A stretch of 64,000 nt of DNA from Phoronis australis (lineage: Eukaryota > Animalia > Phoronida). Positions 12,601 through 25,469 of the stretch are shown here, one piece after another. Every line of letters starts with the position of its first letter. Position 1 is the first letter of the stretch. Below the pieces are notes generated by a model. That model searched no databases, was not told where the DNA came from, and worked only from the letters and a program-made list of their open reading frames with translations. The translations under genes were made by a program, and so were the position numbers. The DNA lies in the NCBI GenBank assembly GCA_002633005.1, contig NMRA01000089.1, forward strand, positions 434,001 to 498,000, given 5' to 3'.

Positions 12601-14787
12601 TAGCAGAGTTGAGGTTACAGTGTGTTTAAGTACCATACCTCCCCATATATAAGACCACCCATGTTTTTGTTTGTTTCTTAGCCTATTTTTCCGTCCCTGT
12701 AACAACTTCTAAAGGTCCATTTTAATAGAACTGACCTATTCTCTTGCTATGGTCATGTTACGAAGCAGATCAACACACTGCTGCCTTGGATAAATCCCGT
12801 GTTATGCTCTTGTAGTGCGAAGCAGGATTTCACTTTCCTGGTAGTCAGATACTACCTAAAAGCCCAATTATGGTTTTTGTATAAAATTGGATGCAAGCCC
12901 ACCTCCATCCATCTGTCTGTTCATCTGGCATCTGCTGTATCTCCAAAATCTTTTGTTGGATATTTGTGAAATTTTGCAGACATGCTCTGATGCCAGATTG
13001 GATGGTATTAGCGAATTTGCAGACGGATTTGACTACTGCTGTGCCCCCTTCTAGCAATTTTAGTTTGTTACATTAGCCTCCATACCTACAAAATTTCTTG
13101 ACATACAGACATGAAATTTGGTGATGAGGCCTCTATGCTAGAGACAATGAAACCATCAAACAAATTGCATGTAATTTGCCCTCCCTAGTGGCCATTTTTA
13201 TTATTTTGGTGTCTGGTTTTTGGAGTCCACCTCTTTATCTGCCAAAGCTTTTGAAGGATCATTAAGAAATTTCACCGAAGTCTGACATTGATTTCCGAGC
13301 AGGTTGAGCTTCTGTGGTGCCCTCTAGTGGCTATTTAGGTTTTCTTTGTGTATGTTGTTTTTTGACAGATTTTGTTCATGAAATTTTGCAAGTATTTTCT
13401 ATTAAGGAGACAACAACATTATGCATAACCTAGTCAACATGTTTCTAATGATAAAGACTAAAATGTGGTTTTGACTGGTTTATCTGGCAGTCATTGACTA
13501 ACCTGTTTCACACCCCGAGGTGACAGCGTCTGGTAAACTTACTAACAGAATGTATCTTACGATTCCATACTTGTGACCATAACTTTGACATTCTATTTTT
13601 GTCTGCATCTCTATCGACCTTTGTGCTTGAACAATGAATTTTTCGGATGCATTCTTATTGTCGAATGAGAGGATCATGACTGAAGTAGATTTTTGGACAG
13701 GGCCAACTACTGTGGCACCCTCTTGTGGCAAATTAGTTTTTTGCCTGTGCCTCAGTATTTAGCAACTGAAGGTCCTTGGATGTTCATGAACTTTGGCATA
13801 TGTTGTGCAGTTGAGGAAATTACGTCTGACATTGATTTGGAGACGAGTGTAGTGATGTCCTCTAGTGGCAATTTAGGTTTTCTTTGAGAAGGACTCTATA
13901 TCTACTAAGTTCCTTGATGGATGTTCACAAAATTTGGAAAATATGTTTCAACCGAGTGAAAAATTCGTGCTTTGTTTCCGATGGATTTAACAAATGCTAC
14001 ACCTCCTAGTGGCTTTTGTATTTTCTAAATTACTTGATGTTAGTAAACACACCCAGAACCTTAGTGTTAGCGGTGTGGCTGTGGCCACATCAAGACTTTG
14101 CGGTGCTCTTATCAGCATAACTATGTGTTATTAGGATAATAAAACCAGATAAATTTATTTTCGCTGTCAAACTTATAAATAAGTTCTTCCTTGTGAGATA
14201 GCATAGTAAGAACACACTTGATGTAAAGAATTGGTTCAAAACTAAAGAAGGTTAATACTTCTATAAAATTTGGACTTAGACTGTTCATTTACCTGTGTTT
14301 TGGACAGTGAACTTCTGTTGACTGTGGAGTTTTGGAACATGTTCGGTATTGGAAAGCATTGTGAATCTATGCATCTTAAAGATCTGCATATTCATAATAT
14401 TAGTTGATGGATCATGCTTGCTTGTGTGTGCTGATCTGAATTCTTTGTTATGCTTTTAATTAAGTTTCGTTATAATCGTACTTTGATCATTATCTGCTAA
14501 AGACAACTGCAATCTGTCCGTTTCTGCAGGAGATGCATTTCCATCCAAAAGCATTGAAAGGAGTGAAGGGCTCGATTGGAGCACCTATGCCTGGTACAAT
14601 CATTGACATCCGCGTTAAGGAAGGCGACAAAGTGGAGAAGGGTGACCCTCTTGTAATACTGAGTGCTATGAAGATGGAGATGACCGTGAGCGCACCTGTG
14701 GCTGGGGAAGTCGAGAAAGTACACATTACAAAGGACATGAAGTTGGAAGGAAATGACTTGCTGATTGACCTGAAGACTTACGAATAA
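611..14787 (+). CDS. PC: Pyruvate carboxylase, 3' part (carboxyltransferase, tetramerisation and biotin-carrier domains); 5' end lies outside the window
   Basis: Phase-consistent GT-AG exons 611-717, 1072-1205, 2517-2766, 3635-3763, 5167-5282, 6102-6281, 6649-6900, 12455-12595, 14530-14787. Motifs: [11 protein letters not shown]|[49 protein letters not shown] and the AMKM biotinylation site. Confidence 0.97.
1791..1891. repeat. 16-bp minisatellite (CACCAATGTATGATGT) x~6 in a PC intron
   Basis: Direct tandem units visible; each junction forms TGATGTCA. Confidence 0.85.
4309..4980 (+). mobile_element. Dispersed repeat, copy 1 (non-autonomous element, family unknown)
   Basis: Several colinear blocks match the reverse complement of 58720-59352, e.g. 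GACGTGTGTTTCA..ACCTTGCC.GATTTTTGCC.AACAATTT.GACT and CAAAATCTGAGGTCGCCA. Confidence 0.65.
7050..7582 (+). mobile_element. MITE family A copy (TATGTAGGACC terminus)
   Basis: Starts TATGTAGGACC like 59901; internal block GAGAATAGTGCATAAAGC..GAATCTGATCAGCCATTT is shared with the copies at ~32300, ~43600 and ~60240. Right end is degenerate. Confidence 0.55.
9108..10809 (-). CDS. Rolling stone-like (FAR-17a/AIG1-related) multi-pass membrane protein, nested antisense in a PC intron
   Basis: 367-aa ORF 9108-10211 stays open up to an acceptor (TTTCAG|) at 10301. An upstream exon 10809-10768 ([17 protein letters not shown]|GTAAG, phase 0) joins in frame, giving ~411 aa. Family-like motifs: [40 protein letters not shown]...DW..P, plus several hydrophobic helices. 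Confidence 0.82.
10313..10450. repeat. 29-bp minisatellite (TGACACCATGTGATGCGTGTAAGTGTTAT) x4 plus 11-bp tail repeats
   Basis: Near-perfect tandem units in the intron of the nested gene, adjacent to its acceptor. Confidence 0.9.
10892..11168. repeat. 18-19-bp CRE-motif repeat array arranged as an imperfect inverted repeat
   Basis: GTGAYGTCATAAAGTATT x~5-6, followed by oppositely oriented GTGACATCACAACACTTTA units. Perfect TGACGTCA at 10894 and 10912. Confidence 0.8.
12880..14110 (+). mobile_element. Helentron/HINE (DINE-1)-like non-autonomous repeat with degenerate internal tandem cores
   Basis: TCCATCCATCTGTCTG microsatellite head, then recurring units containing (T)GAAATTT(T)G and GCCCTCTAGTGGC-like motifs. 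Family assignment is by architecture only; boundaries approximate. Confidence 0.45.
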
Positions 14788-14964
14788 GTAGTCAAAGTGG
14801 GAATGATGTGAGTCATGGGATGGAATTTCTAGGCTTACTGCATATTTTCACTCTTTTAAAAGATTTTAGTGAAAGTATGATGGCAATTGAATCTGTCTCC
14901 TTGTTTTAGTATACATAATATGGAGAAGTTATGAATTACTGGCCACAAGAGCGCCCCCTGTCTT

Positions 14965-15052
14965 GTAGACCTCATGTCAATTGAGTGGTTGTGGCTTGAA
15001 TATTCATTTTTAGACCTCATGTCAATTGAGAGGTGGTGGTTTGAATATTCAT
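14965..15052. repeat. ~45-bp tandem duplication in the PC 3' UTR
   Basis: TAGACCTCATGTCAATTGAG.GGT.GTGG.TTGAATATTCAT occurs twice. Confidence 0.75.
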
Positions 15053-16766
15053 GCATTTATTGTGCTCACAAGGTCAATGTTTGAGTTGTAATAACAACTC
15101 GTGGTCGCACTACTAACTGTTTACACTGTAGCATGTGAGGATTCGTTAATCCATCAACTAAACTTTCAAATTGTTCACTACATATTGTGTTGTCCTGTAG
15201 ACAGGAGTTATGACTGAGCGAGCTGAATAAGATTATCTGTTTAATAAATGGTTGTGCTGTTTTCTAACACTCGTCATATCAACACATCATCTGTTTATCA
15301 GATCTACTGACCTGACATCTGTTGTCATTGTTCAAAGTTATTAGTCTGTGCTAATTTATCACGATTGGTCAGGGTTTATCAATATTTTCGGTGCTACTTT
15401 TTAAGGTGTTTACTTTATGGGGTCATTTTCCGGGTAGAATTGTTTAAATGGAGTATATGTCACTTGGAGGGATTTCCATGTTGACTTTCTGGCACTTGGC
15501 TCTGGTGGAGAGATTTTAATTGGGGGTAGGCTCTTGATTGTAACATGTTTGTGAATCTTGAATTTAAGTGGATGTTGATTTTCTTTTTATTCAAATTACT
15601 GTTCACTTTTAGAGGTATCTGTAACAATATGACAATTCTCCACTAATTTCGCGCCAACAGTAATTGCCATTTTTCAATTTTCAAACTTAAGGCAAATAAT
15701 GGAAACTTTCCTAAATGTTATTTTATTGCTTCTACACACTACAAACCCTGCTAGTATCAGACGAAAATTTTCTTTAAATTTATTTTTGCCGCGAAATTTG
15801 GCTTAATTTCACTTGTCGGCCATATTATGTGCTCAATAATTGAAGAATAAGCGTACTGAAATATTGAAATCGTGTCGGCAATGAAAATGTGCGACTATAA
15901 TCTTTCACAAGTGGCGATTTCTTGAAGTGTAGTATAAGGCAGTGAAGCACTCTCCTAATATGGAAGAAACCAACTATCCTCCTCAAGACTCACTTACATG
16001 GTGCTCTTGGAAGTGAATGCTCTGGGCTACTAACAAATGAAGATTTTTTACACTTAATGTGTTTTGTTACTTGACGCTAAATTTTGAAGTAGGATTTAAC
16101 CTGGACATTGTCTGCAGTGTGAAAGTTGGAGTACAATGGGGTGGGTTGTGGCGGGCATTTCGCTCATAGTTTTCTTAGATTTAAAATAGCTTTCAACTAA
16201 AAACTGGTAATGTTGTCGTCTATTGGTAACATTAAAATGTAGGATGTTGTTGCAATCTTACTTCTAATGGCCAGTTTTGTTGTCATGGTTAAACATAACA
16301 AGTTTTGTTTCAAATACAACATGTTTATTATTCATAGTTTTAGTTATAACTACAGCACTGTACACTACATTAATATTTTGTTTCATATACAAATTTACAA
16401 ACATCCTCAGCTATTACAGGGAGCTCCAAGATTTTTCATGAGCGCATCTAAATTTTGGACATTTAACCTTGATGACTTCTTTGTCTTGGCTTAGCATGGA
16501 GTTGCTTTACGCTTATGAAAATAATTTGAGCTAGTGTGGTCTTTATTGATTAAGACTGGTATGAACCAATGATGTAATTTTGAGGATCATATTCCGTTAA
16601 AAAATGAATGAAAAATAGCACAAAATCAAATAACTCGTCTTTGAACAGCCAGCACCATTGAGTTGGTCGATTCTTCTTTAATTCCAATATTGTCACACTG
16701 TGACTATGCCAGTAATTGAAAGCAGAGTACTTTCATTTCAGAGTCAGTTGTGAACCTCCATTGGTT

Positions 16767-19700
16767 TCATAATTTCTGGATCACGTGTAGGTAGTAGGCT
16801 GGTCGTGCCTGTGGGTCGTAAGCTGTGAAGTCGTTGTAGACCGAGTGGCTTGCTTCACTGCCAAATATTTCACGAAGTGTGGCCGAAAAATCTTGCAGCT
16901 GATGAGGGTAGTAAGAGAGCCGGAATTTGCAAACACTGTAAAGAAATATTTAACATAATTGTTTTCAAAATGTACAGCTCAGTTCACTTGCTATTGCTAT
17001 GTATCATTTTATGGCTATTTTCAAATTATCACAGTCCAAAGCTAATCTTATCAGAATGATACCAGATGTTCGTTTAGCGCTGTCTCAGACACATGTATGG
17101 CAAATTTACAAACTACGCAATGCAAAGAATAAACATAAAAAAGACACAGAGTTGCGAAGTCAGTAAATAACTGGACTTGCTTCAGTTGATAAACACTCCA
17201 CGATTGATCAGGGCTTGCTTTTCATTGTTATATGAAGTTTAGAAAAAGCACAAAAATATTAAGCACTAAAATGTGGTCAGATAATGAATATTTGACGGTC
17301 AATACCTTACCCCTCCAAAGTGGAATCTAGTTGACCAGCTTTCTTTTCCACTGAAGACACGTCCATTTCGTAATCCAGAGTGACCATGACGGGTTTTCCA
17401 TTCACGTAGAGATTAGAACACTTGATATCTTTTATTACATCGCTCTAGAAACAAGAGAGCGATTCTATTTATATGCAGGAATACAGAATGATATCAGCTG
17501 CTGACATGTCTCGGTTATTACAATACAACCGCCTAGTGTGACCAAAAGCGACGGTCTTTACCGTTTTCAAGTTTTCCTGTCAATATTCATTGAATTGGCT
17601 TATGAATTAAATGGCCGTTGACTAATTAGCGCTTTCTTCCAACTCGCTGAACATGAAAATGGTGAACTAGTTTGATATGCCCAAACTGATCTCGGGTGAT
17701 CTGATTGGTACGTAGTTTGTGTGGTTGGATGGATTATCAAGTTTATAATGTTAACTTTAGGTAGAAAATGAGAGCAATAAGTCCGTCTAACAGTTGCGTC
17801 CAGACAGAAACTTGCACTACTGCAAGTTGCACCTAGGGCAACTTTTGCCCTATCAGTTGAGTAATTATTTTTTTACTACGCGCACAATACAAATAAAAGG
17901 ATGTCAGTAAAGATGAGACAAGATAACAAATAAAGGCAGGTAAAATGGCAATACATGAAAAAAAATAAAATGTGTAGGCCTTCAGCCGGCCAGGGTTGAG
18001 TTCTTTAGGTGCAAGAATCTCGAAGGTGCGATCCCGTTACTCACCTGATAATAAACATTTTTACCATGGGGTACAACCCCGAGTTCTAAAATGGAGTCGT
18101 AGTTGCGATGGTCTATGACCAGTACACCTCCAGGTTTCAAGACATCTCGGAAGTTTCTCAGCGCTTGTTTCTGGTTCACCTGTGTTCCCTCGAAATCGGG
18201 GAGATGGGCAAAAGAGTTGCCCAAACAGATCACGGCGTCAAATTTGCCAACTGGACTGTCATCGATTTCCTCGAGATCGTCAACAAGTGTAAGCCAATTG
18301 GCCTCCTCGATAACTAAAGGGAATACAAAACATATTACATATAAAGCATATTACATACAAAACATATTACATATAAAGCATATTACATACAAAGCATATT
18401 ACATACAAAGCATATTACATACAAAACATATTACATATAAAGCATATTACATACAAAGCATATTACATACAAAACATATTACAACAAACAGTGAAGAATA
18501 AAAAGGAGGAAAACTGTTGTCTATAATAGCAATGCAGTAGGCTTAATGAGTCGAGGCACAGCAGTCTTTTTTATTTTTGCTTCCTACCGAAAAGGAGTGA
18601 AAGTGATGTCAATTTTGAAAATCGAAAAACTGGTTATTTAAATTTTCTACCGGGTAATGTTTTGGGTTGGTAAAAGTTACAACTGGCGGGGATCCTGTGC
18701 CCGGTTACATGAAACAGTCCTAAATAGGGAGTCAGCTAAGCTCCCTAAATCTTCTGCGTATTTGTGTGGTTCTTTACTTTCCAATGCAATCTTTTACTAT
18801 CATTTTGTCTTTATTATGAGCTTCTCTTTGATTACATTTTCTAACATTATAACTAAAATCTGAGCCCGTAGTTCCATGAAAATAAATAGGGACACAGTCT
18901 TTAAGTTAGGGGCGTAACATGAAAAGATAATATTGAAAATTCAACGTAAAATTCACTCTCACTTAGTATTAAAGCCAAAATTGACTTTTTAATGAAACTA
19001 AAACACCAAATGAAAGGACAATTAGTGTTTTCTCAAGTCCACAAATATGCAGTAGATTTAGGGAACTTAGCCGAGTCCCTATTTGAGACTGTTTCATGCA
19101 ATCGGATACAGATTCACAACCTAACAGAAGAAAAATTCTGCTCACTGCCAAGAAAGTAAAAGGATTAACAAGTCCAATCTATTCCCATGATTTCAGCACC
19201 AATTAAAAATAGTAAACCTATTATGTTCATTATGGGAACGGTTTAAATGAAATAAAACATTGTTTTTCTTTGACCAAAGTGAATAGACTTTAATTCCATT
19301 TTTTGTATATTCAAGAAATTAGCTCCATTCACCGATACCCGAAGCCGTAATCAGGCGCTAAGTGAACACCTGACGAGTCTACCCAATCTCTTACAATCAG
19401 CAGTTACCCCAGTTATCGTAAGCCTCTTCGTGCCGTCGCCTCCACCGCTCTTTAAGAGCCGTTTTAAGCATTTTGTCACTGGCATCGCAGCTTACGACAT
19501 GGAAACCTTCGTCTAGCAACATCATTGAGTCCACCCTGTTAAGGGCATGCAGACAGGATGTCACAAAAATGTTATCATTTGCATACTGGGAAGCTCCGAA
19601 AACAGGACCCTGGGCGAATATTCCGGAAACGATCTTTCAAAAACGTCAAATGAAACCGATTATTATACGTATGGCGTATTTTCAGAGACTGTCAAAAAAA

Positions 19701-21553
19701 TTATGATGCATTTTCAAATTAAGAAGGCTTAATTCTCATTTATTGTTCACTCAAGGTTGTTTTCAAAGAACAAAGTGGGTAGACCTTAAATTAAAAAGAC
19801 TATTAGATTGTACTGATAAACAATCAATGCATACGATCATTAACGTATAACACGTTTTGTTAAACCAATTCCTTGCGCTCCTTTCAATGTATGTAGTTGC
19901 ATTTCAATGAAACCAAGCCTTTTTTCCGTACTTATTTCAGCAAACACAGTGCATTAGCACTGTCCTTCATACTGTGCTAATACCATTAAGGTCACCCAAT
20001 ATCTCATGCCTTTTGAGTGAAGTCGGGATTCCAAAATATAACGTCCTTCCAAGATAAAAAATTACATCATAACATGCTACATACGTATTTTAGAAAAACC
20101 ATTTGATTTTCAAAACATGCAACAGTTACCAAAAAATACGCCCATGGGATCACTTTTGGAAAACTTTCTGAAAATACACCCATAGCATACTTTTGAGTGG
20201 GTCTGTTTTTGGAAATTCCCAGTACGATAAGCTATTGTTAGATTAGAAAATATACAACATGTATGCTCTGCGCTGTTTGACCAGATAAGATTGTGATCGG
20301 CTTCTCATTTTCTGCAAATTACTTTGGGTATGTTAACGTTTTGAATTATGACGGAGATTTTTTGCGATGACCATACATAAGCATACACGCTCGTGTTCAA
20401 CATTTGTTCGACATCTGATATAGTGAATGACATAATGCTACAAAAGTAAAATACTTCATAGCTCGAAAGGTCAAAACGTCGACTTTGTCTTTCCAGTTCT
20501 GACTGAAAGGGTCACATTTTTGAGGGTTCCAAAACATCCATTAGCGAAACGCTATTATCCGCACATTTTAATGCGGTTTATAAAACTTCAAGTTATCAAG
20601 AAGACTTCACCGTAATGGTAATGCCTTCATGATGTTACGTAATGCCGATCCTCATCATCTACATTCATGTTTTGTTTACCGCTCAATATTGAATTCTGGA
20701 CTGAATTGTATACTGCCAGTCTGCACCACGAAAACATTGCATTTAGACTGAGATAACAATCTAAAAAGGCTCAATAAAATAACAATTTAGTAGCAGGTTG
20801 CAGTGACAATAAATAAATACACAAGGACCAATACAGTATTTACGATATCTACACAAAGAAACACAATTATTACACTACATGATTATTAAGCGAGTATCAA
20901 TTAATGGACTATTGATACTGTATACACATATAGTCTGGTACACATTTACGTTTACTGTTTACGATAGAACTGATAACTGTAAAGTAGAAAACTAATTTCT
21001 CAAGATATCTTCATATATTTCTAAAACGTCAACATTGCTTTTGACGTAAGCCCACATCGTTTCCGAAATGACTTGCTATTTTTGAATTATTTTATGGCAG
21101 TTCGTTACTAGTTGCAACTTCTTGGGATTTTTGTAGTGGGTGTTTCACATCTTATTGCACAGCCGGAGTTTGTTTTGGGGCTATACAGGCTGTCAACAAA
21201 TGAATAAAAGTAAACAATTCGAAAGATCTTGAATTTCTGGCAATGACCCAAAAAACAACTTAGTGTCCTCGGTTAAAATAATAACAATTCCCAAAATATA
21301 AAATGCAACTTCAGTAATTAAATACGAACCCGGTTCCACAGGCGACGTCCAAGACATTAGTTGCTCCACGATCCTTCAGTAGATTGACCAGCCAACTCTT
21401 GTAGGTGTTTGTTCGTTCTTGTTTGCTCCCAATGTACAGTTCCCAAACTTTTGCAGCTTTACCATCGGCATACTGGTCCGGAAGGCCCGTTGCGGCAACG
21501 CCGAGAGAGCGGGTCCTATAAACTCCGTCAACACTTTTACTTACGTTAGCCAT
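16767..21553 (-). CDS. GNMT: Glycine N-methyltransferase (complete, 307 aa)
   Basis: Exons 21553-21330, 19535-19408, 18313-18045, 17444-17311, 16935-16767 sum to 924 nt, in phase. Motifs: [68 protein letters not shown]. Confidence 0.96.
18323..18485. repeat. 16-bp minisatellite (CATATTACATAYAAAR) x~10 in GNMT intron 2
   Basis: Direct tandem units; these explain the repetitive tail of ORF 18103-18501. Confidence 0.9.
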
Positions 21554-22626
21554 AACTGATGTGCTATGCTGCGTGATAAAACAAAAACAACTCGACGTTG
21601 CGCTCTAACTTGTCACTGCCTTTATAATAATTCACCGCAAGCTGGCTCAAACATATTTATACACCTTGACGAAGTTTCAGACCGCCTTTAACCAGTTTGA
21701 ACCAGCGATAACTAGTTTTAATAATACTACAGTCAACAGATTAGAAATCATGAAGTTGTAAACAACTCTGGGCAGTGTTTGAATACGGTAGTTTTATGAA
21801 TTCGCCGAACCAACTTCCACTGCCGCAAGAGGTCGGAGAGGTCAATCATGTTTGCATTGAAGTTCAACGGAGCAATGACATTTACGTGTTGTAACTGTCA
21901 ATATATATGTGATGATAGAGATACATCAACTTGCACACAATTAGTAAAGTATGAATACAATAAAACGGATCACAATCTTATATATTCATGCACGTATACA
22001 TGTATACTTAGTATATGCATACATACACTGTATCTATATGGCAGATCTTCGAAGGCAAACGGCGCTTCATCGGAGACCATCGTAGTTTAAAATACAAACA
22101 ATAGAAAATAGTAGAAGTAACTATTTATTATATACTATTCATGCATTGAACAAACGTTGAAAGATTGTCATATGATGCCAATAGCGTAACTACGTAAATA
22201 AATCCGACACCTTAGTAGAAATGAAATGACGCTACAAAATCAGCACTCCACAAATACACGTGACAAAACACCAACGCGGGGGACCCAGTCTCTCAACAGG
22301 TTTTTACACTGGCGACGTGGTGTGAGCAGCGGTTGCGACGGGATTCAACTACCCGGGAATAAAACTGCACTGAGTTTAGCTGTCTCAAACATGCAATTTG
22401 AACTCAAGGTTTACATTTATTTATTTGCATGTTGCATGAATATCCCTTACTTCATCACTAACATTGCCAAATTTTATCGCATCACGTGTCGTGTCAAATA
22501 TATCATTGAGTCATCACTCCACTAGGTTTTCTTTTCAATGAGTAAAAACCGCGTACGACACTGGAAAGACCGAGTTTGTGAGACTATTTCTAAACTAAAA
22601 TACGTCACATGTCTTACGTTGTCAGC

Positions 22627-22750
22627 AGGCAGTGTGGCCTGGTTGATAAGTGCCCGATTTCTTTACTTGAGGTCGTGGGTTCGAGTCCCACCAGGTCACA
22701 CTGCTAAACCCTTGAGCCAGGTTTCTAGCTCCTCAGCTCGGTTTTAACCA
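22627..22750 (+). mobile_element. tRNA-derived SINE head / tRNA pseudogene
   Basis: Pol III A-box-like TGGCCTGGTTG and B-box GGTTCGAGTCC within the T-stem GTGGG..CCCAC, followed by a SINE-like CCCTTGAGC.AG body. Acceptor and anticodon stems pair poorly. Confidence 0.6.
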
Positions 22751-22968
22751 TATATTAATAAAGCATAAAAATATTTCCAGGTGATCAGTGCAATGGGCCC
22801 ACATTCGAGGCCTGCGCACGTCTGATACAACGTGTATCAGACCGCCTGCAATTATTTTTTTATACCTTGTCAGCTCGCTAAATGTCACATGTGCAAAATC
22901 TTATTGAGAGTCTGAGACGCGTTTGCGTGACAAACTGTCAACGCAAAAATAGGACTATATCTTTATCC

Positions 22969-22992
22969 GCGCGCCCACGCGCGCGTGCGTGC

Positions 22993-23038
<46 letters not shown>
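22969..23038. repeat. (GC)n/(GCGT)n/(GT)n alternating purine-pyrimidine microsatellite
   Basis: Directly visible; about 20 GT units. Confidence 0.95.
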
Positions 23039-23041
<3 letters not shown>

Positions 23042-25339
23042 CGTGAAGCGTGTAATGATGCAGATTGCAGATTGTATTTGACATAGTTGCCTGAGAAGCA
23101 GCTCATTGCATAAAGAACAGGTAGCTAAATTTCGGTTCTTGTATATCTGTAAGTCCAGCAGGTGTGTGGATGTTTATCTTATCTAGAACTGAATAGAGTG
23201 TTTGGTTTTCATTGATGCTGATTCCGAGAATGTGAAAACGTAAACAGTGATTTGCCGTAGGCTAAATGTTTTCTTGAAATATGAGGTTTTAAGTATAAAA
23301 TTGCAGTTGCGTAATGTTATAATCACGATTCCCAAAAGATAAAATTGGTGACCGACTGGTCTGTATCATAATAAATGAAATTGTTTTGAAAGTAACGTGG
23401 AAGTACACGGTACAAATCTTGTAAGAGTGATATCTTCAAGCAGTGATACTTTTTAGAAATTTGAATGTTGGATGGGCAAAATAGTGTTAGCTCGTATCTG
23501 ATGAACGTGTAATTTGTTCATAAATTTGTAGTCCCATATTGTGATGGCATAAATCAAGTGAGTATGGATCAAGTACCGCTGCCAGTGAGAATAAGAACAG
23601 GTATGTCATGAGTTTATCACATGTTTGTGTATTTTTGTTCCCATCAGAGGATTATTTTGTGACCAGGGGACAAAGTGTAGTCAAATTTTATTCCCAAAAA
23701 CTTAAATGTTTCAACGAAAGTTGGGTTTGTCTGTTTAGGTATCAGTTATTGAATTTTTTCTATTGGAAGTGAAATACTTTGTACGCAATTTCGGTGACAT
23801 TTAATGAAAGTTTACTAATTAATAACCATGTGAATACGTCTGATGGGTTATTATTGGTTTAAATTTGTTTTGTTCGTTCGTTTTCTAAACGAAGGTGTGT
23901 ATATATGACATGTATTGTCAGTATACAAAAGGGTATCCAGGAAAGTTGATCTGTAGAAGGAGGGGACCTAGAATAGATCTTTGGGGTACACATGATCATA
24001 ATTCATTTTTGGGAGTGAATTGTCGAATTAAACACTTTGCTGTCGATTGGTTAAGTGATTTTTTAAGAATAAATTCTCTCACTCCAGTTTTTCAATAAAA
24101 TGAAAGATATTAAAGCCATTACATTTGTAATGGGAACATCTTTGGCATTTTCAAATCAGTTGGAAGATTACTGATGTTATTATACCGACTGTTGATATAG
24201 TGGAGAATAGTTTTATGATGACTGGAGTAAACAGTTTTATGAGTTTAGTAGGAATGTTGTCAAATCCTGTGCCAGATTTTGCCGGATTTAACATTCCCAA
24301 AGACTTTAAAACGATATTTTCATTTACTGTTTGAAATTTCTTTTCACTGTTAATATATAAAGAAAAATCATACCTTACCTCTAGGGGCCTTGCATGGTGC
24401 TCAGATCAAAACAATAGTAGTCCAAGCCGGCGGAAAAAGAGTCCCGGCATTTGAGACATGGTTCGAAAGATATCAATTTGCTGCCATCCAAGTGAGCCTC
24501 GAGTTGTTTGACTGGAAAATCCTACCAATATTACATTGGCATTTAATGAAGGTCTCCATGTTGAGAAAAGTGAGATCACAAACTGCAGTGAATACCGCCG
24601 GCGTAAACAAATTTTACCAAATGATGCCGGCATAGTCTACCGGTGCTGTTATAAGAAGTGAATTAGGAAAGTATTCAATTCTCTAAAATCGCAATTTCTG
24701 GTACTGTACACTCACGGTTCACGAATGTGGTCACCTTGTGATGTGAGTGCCCCTTTGGTCATTCCTTGTATAGACATAACTTGTTAGAGTGTATCTTCAA
24801 ACGGACTCGCGACCAGACCACGGCGCCCGCCACAATAGCAATTCTTCGGAAAAAGATTTTTTTTTTCAAAACTGTTACATGTACATGTACACTATATGAT
24901 ATTGCGCAAGACAATTTTACTATACATCAGAGTGTAATAGAATGACACGGTATGACAGATGAGGTAAAAACGTTGCACGTCAATTCGCCTGAATATCAGG
25001 GTTGCGCACCACAGTATTTCCCCTAAGCAAATCAAAACATTTCTTAGAGTAAAGAAGCTAGTTACCTAAAAAAAACAGCTATAGAACTGCTCCGAGCTTT
25101 CAGCGGGGGATCCATCTAAAATATGCTTGGCTACTTCAGAAGTGTCGACGGAAGCGCGCGCACAATTGATCTCCGAGCGTTTTGCCGATGAGCCACGAAG
25201 ACTCAGCAATTAACAATGCAAAAAATTATATTTTCAGAGTGAACCCCCCTCATTTTTTTCCAAGTTGGTTTCACTTGGGGTTTACACACGCTAGCGGTGC
25301 CGTTTTTGTTTTGCTGGAGACGTTTTTTATTTTTGGGTC

Positions 25340-25399
25340 CTGGCCCAAGGGGGGTTTAAACCCCTGAACCCCCACCTCCCCCCCGTAGATCCGCCACTG
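25340..25399. mobile_element. Terminal fragment of a CAGTGGCGGATC-type non-autonomous DNA transposon
   Basis: GGGGGTTTAAACCCCTGAACCCCC..GATCCGCCACTG resembles a common invertebrate MITE end; the partner end was not found. Confidence 0.35.
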
Positions 25400-25469
25400 G
25401 AGTCGTTCCTTGGGACTGTTTCATACAAACAGCCCGGCACATGCAGCATTCAGGGCTCGCTCAACGGCC

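Noticed and set aside
18103-18501. 132-aa + strand ORF
   Set aside because: Antisense shadow of GNMT exon 3 running into a 16-bp minisatellite.
22627-22700. Functional tRNA gene
   Set aside because: B-box and T-stem are good, but the acceptor and anticodon stems do not pair well and a SINE-like body follows.
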